NCBI GenBank assembly: GCA_050951545.1
Contig: JBMNJG010000012.1
Span: forward strand, 128,001-192,000
Origin: Limnochordia bacterium
GTDB lineage: Bacteria; Bacillota; Limnochordia; DTU080
Length of the DNA: 64,000 nt
Direction of reading: 5' to 3'
In this document: positions 60,664-64,000 of the stretch, piece after piece
Layout of the letters: the number at the start of each line of letters is the position of its first letter
Numbering within the stretch: position 1 is the stretch's first letter
Notes under the pieces: generated by a model
The model's database searches: none
What the model saw: only the letters and a program-made list of their open reading frames with translations
What the model was told of the DNA's origin: nothing
Translations under genes and position numbers: made by a program

Positions 60664-60930
60664 GTGAACAGAGGCCTAAGGGTGCATTTCCTCACAGCTT
60701 ACACTGAGTTTCTGTGGGAACAAGGCATAGAGACTGAAGAGACATATGTGGGAGATGCCAGTCGTTTTTTGCGTTTTCTCGCTGGTCGAGCTACTCCTGA
60801 CGATGTTGCACAGTTTCTTCGAGGCGATGGCAATAGCGCTCACTATGCTCGCCGTCTGCGAAAAACCCTGAGCAAATTCTATGAGTTTGCCGCCGAGCAG
60901 CTCGACATCCGTAACAACCCGCTCTCCTAG
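60664..60930 (+). CDS. Stand-alone tyrosine-recombinase N-terminal (SAM-like, core-binding) domain protein, 88 aa
   Basis: T...Y..D...FL.FL......DV..FL......S...RRL...L..FY.F......I..NP pattern; AAGGAG SD before GTG; no catalytic domain. Confidence 0.7.
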   Translation: MNRGLRVHFLTAYTEFLWEQGIETEETYVGDASRFLRFLAGRATPDDVAQFLRGDGNSAHYARRLRKTLSKFYEFAAEQLDIRNNPLS

Positions 60931-60945
60931 CCGCTGATTCTACTC

Positions 60946-61760
60946 GGGTGCACACGTTAAATCGCGGCGAACACCCGTTCCTAATCATGCTGCCTCCCGC
61001 CTCTCCCAGAAATCGTCCCACTGTTCACCGTGGGAGTATGCTGCAACGTTTAGCATCTGCTGTGCCCTAAGTTGGCTCCAACGCATTCCAGATTGCTTGT
61101 GGCGCCTAACAACAACCTGCTTACAGGCGCTTTCTACGCATCCGCTACCAATGGGGTAGCCAGCGGCCTCCAGCCTCGGTGCCTCTTGAGTGCGTGTCAA
61201 CCCACGAGTAAGTCTTACCGAAGACCGTATGGCTCACTCACCAAAGATCTAACCCAACGCTTGTCTAAGTCAGAGCAGGTATAGGCTCACGACTACTGCT
61301 ACGGACTCTCTGGGATGCATCGGTGGCCTCGGCCACCGATGCAGTTGGTGGGCCTTGGCCGATCAGTTGTTCAATCCTGCGGTGCATAGCCAGTGGGTTT
61401 GGCTCACGTTGCCGCCACGATCGCCAGCGGCGGGTGGACGTGGACTACCATTGGCTGCACGGCTGATGTGAGCTCTGACGAAACGGACAAGGTGACCCAG
61501 GGTGACTACTCGTCTTGCTTTCTCTCAGATTGGCTGGCGGTTCCCCAGCCACGTTCATCTATTCTTTGCTGGTACTCACCGCATCTACACTCGAGATAGT
61601 TGATGAGCCTCCGGTTGAAGTCCTGACCGCGCCGGAATGGCAGCCGCCTGCCAATCTTGCGCTTGATGATCTTGCAGGAAAGCTCGTGAGCCTGAATCAC
61701 GATCAGCCGGCTCCATAATCCTTCCACAGACAATAGTTCTTCGCTGACTGCGCGCACATT
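60946..61760 (-). pseudogene. Decayed transposase (ISKra4/ISLre2-like, UPF0236 type)
   Basis: C-terminal GYPIGSG.VESACK.VV..R.K.SGMRWS...AQ.ML; fragment RRVVTLG..VRF.R in another frame; frameshifts, deletions; possible IS end GGGTGCACAC at 60946. Confidence 0.75.
61316..61343. repeat. Perfect 13-bp inverted repeat
   Basis: TGCATCGGTGGCC-TC-GGCCACCGATGCA. Confidence 0.9.
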
Positions 61761-61813
61761 GCCAGCTAAGACCCGGTGGCCACCGAAAGTGAAATGCGTT
61801 TCCCGTTCGCATC

Positions 61814-62778
61814 ATCGTCTGAGTGGGAAAAGGCCGCCACTACCGTCCGGTTATGTACTGCCCGGTAGCCCCAGAAGGGCCACCAAGGCGGGAGAGTGTG
61901 CCCTTAGGCGGTGAAACGAGCCCTTCGGGCGGTCAAAATGAGCAAAAAGGGCTTCGCGAAGACCGCATCGCTAGGTTCTTACCACGTACACTGGCCCCGG
62001 GGGTTAATGAGGCGGCTCTTTTGCCATGACGGTTGGATTCTTGGCCCCGACTCACATACCAATCCGGCTGGTGTCCGACTACCGAGCCTGTTTCGCGAGC
62101 GCGTCCATTCCTCTCCAAATGCACCGACGAGAACTGAAGGGTCGGTCCGCAGAGGGACCCGAGCGAGCCCGCCGTGATCGCGCACTGGAGAGCTGACCCA
62201 ATCGTCTGAGTGGGAAAAGGCCGCCACTACCGTTCGGTTATGTGCTGCCGGTAGCCCCAGAAGGGCCGCTGAGACGGGAAAGCGTGCTCTTGGGCGGGGA
62301 AATGAGCCCTTCGGGCGATCAAAATGAGCAAAAAGGGCTTCGCGAAGTCCGCATCGCTGCACTTTTACCACGTACATTGGGCCCGGGGGCTAATGAGGCG
62401 GCTCTTTTGCCATGGCGGTTGGATTCTTGGCCCCGACTCACGTACCGATCCGGTTGCATCTGTCCGACTACCGAGCCAGTCTCGCGAGCGTGTGCATGAT
62501 GTCCGTCCACCCTTTTCGAAACACACCGACCGGGATAACAGTGAAGGTGGGTCCGCAGAGGGATCCAAGCGAGCCCGCTGTGATCGCGCACTGGAGAGCT
62601 GATCCAATCGTCTGAGTGGGAAAAGGCCGTCACTACCGTTCGGTTATGTGCTGCCCGGTAGCCCCAGAAGGGCCGCCAAGGCGGGAAAGTGTGCCCTTAG
62701 GCGGTGAAACGAGCCCTTCGGGCGGTCAAAATGAGCAAAAAGGGCTTCGCGAAGACCGCATCGCTAGGTTCTTACCAC
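61814..62778 (+). repeat. Tandem repeat of a structured non-coding unit (387 bp, 406 bp, partial 172 bp)
   Basis: ATCGTCTGAGTGGGAAAAGGCCG starts at 61814, 62201 and 62607; colinear similarity throughout; the third copy stops after GGTTCTTACCAC. Confidence 0.95.
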
Positions 62779-62842
62779 TAACCCAAGCGAACGCAGGGAG
62801 ACTACCGCAGTTTTTTGCGTGGCCCCATTTTACTCAGTTGGC

Positions 62843-62872
62843 TTGACACGAACGGCGAGATCACCGTATAAT
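62843..62872 (+). promoter_or_regulatory. Sigma-A promoter of tRNA-Pro
   Basis: TTGACA-18bp-TATAAT. Confidence 0.85.
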
Positions 62873-62889
62873 TATGTTTGTCTGAGCGA

Positions 62890-62967
62890 CGGGGTGTGGC
62901 TCAGTTTGGCTAGAGCGCTGCGTTCGGGACGCAGAGGCCGGAGGTTCAAATCCTCTCACCCCGACCA
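62890..62967 (+). tRNA. tRNA-Pro (anticodon CGG)
   Basis: CGGGGTG/CACCCCG acceptor stem, CTGCG-TTCGGGA-CGCAG anticodon arm, GGTTCAAATCC T arm, encoded CCA. Confidence 0.97.
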
Positions 62968-62969
62968 GT

Positions 62970-63012
62970 CAGAAGCACCCATCAGAGGTTTCCGGTGGGT
63001 GCTTCTGGTTTT
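62970..63012. terminator. Intrinsic terminator between tRNA-Pro and the convergent small gene
   Basis: CAGAAGCACCCA...TGGGTGCTTCTG followed by GTTTT. Confidence 0.8.
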
Positions 63013-63020
63013 ATCCCTTC

Positions 63021-63242
63021 TTACGAGTGTTCGTTGGGCTTGCTTTGGCGCTGAGACTGCCTCTTTCGTGCTTGCTGAGCGGCCTTTTGGTTACTCTCCG
63101 TCTCTCCTAGTGGTTCTGAAGTCTCCCAACTGGTTCTGCTCTCCGGGTACGGTTGCAGTTCTTTGGCTGTCTCGAACTGATTGCTTTCCTGAGTGCGTCC
63201 CGGTTTGCGTTGGACGCTCTTCGGCATCTTCCTTTTGGGCAT
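63021..63242 (-). CDS. Small hydrophilic protein, gamma-type SASP-like
   Basis: 73 aa, Q/E/K/R/S-rich; repeated ESNQ; FETAKE and WETSE motifs; G-rich SD; sigma-G-like promoter. Confidence 0.6.
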   Translation of the reverse strand: MPKRKMPKSVQRKPGRTQESNQFETAKELQPYPESRTSWETSEPLGETESNQKAAQQARKRQSQRQSKPNEHS

Positions 63243-63274
63243 GCCTACTGTCCCCCCTTTTTCTCGCGCGACGC

Positions 63275-63304
63275 TAGTATGGCAATCGCCGGGGGTGAGA
63301 ATAC
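63275..63304 (-). promoter_or_regulatory. Sigma-G-type forespore promoter
   Basis: GTATT-18bp-CATACTA versus the B. subtilis sigma-G consensus GHATR-N18-CATNHTA. Confidence 0.65.
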
Positions 63305-63344
63305 GGGTCTGAATCAGGTAGAGGAAACTTGTTGTGGCAACCTG

Positions 63345-64000
63345 TCAAAGATTGCATGGAGGTGTGTCCGACGCTTCCATGGCCTCAACCGCATCTACCA
63401 GCTTCGAGATCACCACTGAGTTGGAGGGCGGTGTCTTGCGAGGTACGCCCGCTGTACCTGTAATCTCTGCCAAGAAGGGGCGGTTATTGCGCCATGCAGC
63501 GCGGATACCGTGACGAATGGCAGCCTCTACGCCGTTGGCGGTTGTGTTGTATTTTCCGGCTACGGATGGGTACAGCTCGGTGGTGAGAGATCCACTCAAG
63601 ACAGCTGGCTGACGCAACGCCCAGGCCACCGCTTCGCGGAGATAATTGTACCCCTTGAAATGCGAGGGGACTCCCATTTCATGCAACAGGTCCGTGATGC
63701 GATTCTCGTGAACGAATGCAGAAGACCTGGAGCGGCTTTGGCGAGCCGCGGGGATCACGTGGTCTTGTGTGGGTGCCACAAACTGGCGCATCCGCTCGGT
63801 TAGCAGATCCAGATCAAAGGGCTTCACTATGAAGTAACGAGCGCCAAGCTCAGTCAATCTTTGGGCCACATCGTCATGACCCAGGGCGGTGAGTACCACG
63901 ACGCACGGTTTCTCCACTACACCTCTGGTGTTCAGTCGCTCTAGAACGGCCAACCCATCCAGACGAGGCATCGTGATGTCAAGCAACAGCACATCTGGGC
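63345..64000 (-). CDS. Spo0A-family response regulator (5' end outside the window; divergent)
   Basis: Receiver LLLDITMP.LDG, LTA.G, KPFD; Spo0A_C GVP.H.KGY.YLREA, LYP..A..Y.TT, VE.AIRH, P.NS. Confidence 0.9.
   Translation of the reverse strand, partial: PDVLLLDITMPRLDGLAVLERLNTRGVVEKPCVVVLTALGHDDVAQRLTELGARYFIVKPFDLDLLTERMRQFVAPTQDHVIPAARQSRSRSSAFVHENRITDLLHEMGVPSHFKGYNYLREAVAWALRQPAVLSGSLTTELYPSVAGKYNTTANGVEAAIRHGIRAAWRNNRPFLAEITGTAGVPRKTPPSNSVVISKLVDAVEAMEASDTPPCNL

Noticed and set aside
60513-60695. 60-aa minus-strand ORF upstream of rlmN
   Set aside because: Overlaps the better-supported divergent core-binding-domain gene, has no motif, and probably covers promoter DNA.
61814-62778. 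CRISPR array or protein-coding repeat
   Set aside because: Units are ~400 bp with no short repeat/unique spacer pattern and no cas genes nearby. The overlapping short ORFs differ in frame and length between copies.
60664-62967. Integrative element inserted at tRNA-Pro
   Set aside because: No duplicated tRNA 3' end was found (only a 7-bp CCCCGAC match in the repeats, expected by chance). The accessory DNA lies on the tRNA 5' side and there is no catalytic integrase.

Overview
Core-chromosome segment of a GC-rich, spore-forming Bacillota (Firmicutes) bacterium; a Limnochordia/clostridia-like lineage is my inference from gene content. Almost all genes are on the minus strand. In coordinate order they are: nusA(partial)-rimP-polC-rseP-dxr-ytvI-cdsA-uppS-frr-pyrH-tsf-rpsB, an orphan FliM/FliY-like gene, hslU-hslV-topA-dprA, fumarate hydratase beta/alpha, comM-yraN-rnhB-rbgA-lepB-rplS-trmD-rimM-khpA-rpsP-ffh-ylxM-ftsY-smc, a SigH-like sigma factor, spoVS, rnc, the fab/plsX cluster, rpmF, coaD-rsmD-recG-degV-DAK2, rpmB (plus strand), and rpe-rsgA-pknB-pbpA-rodA-PP2C-fhaB-fhaA-rlmN. 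Synteny breaks at about 60.5 kb. The last 3.5 kb holds a stand-alone tyrosine-recombinase core-binding domain, a decayed transposase, about 2.4 tandem copies of a 387-406 bp hairpin-rich non-coding unit with structure-preserving substitutions (top candidate for something undescribed), tRNA-Pro(CGG), a SASP-like gene with a sigma-G-like promoter, and a Spo0A-like regulator with an altered recognition helix. Other notable points are a PolC lacking its embedded proofreading exonuclease and a sigma-A-driven structured sRNA candidate at the position spoVM usually occupies. All calls come from visual motif recognition; no database searches or folding computations were run.
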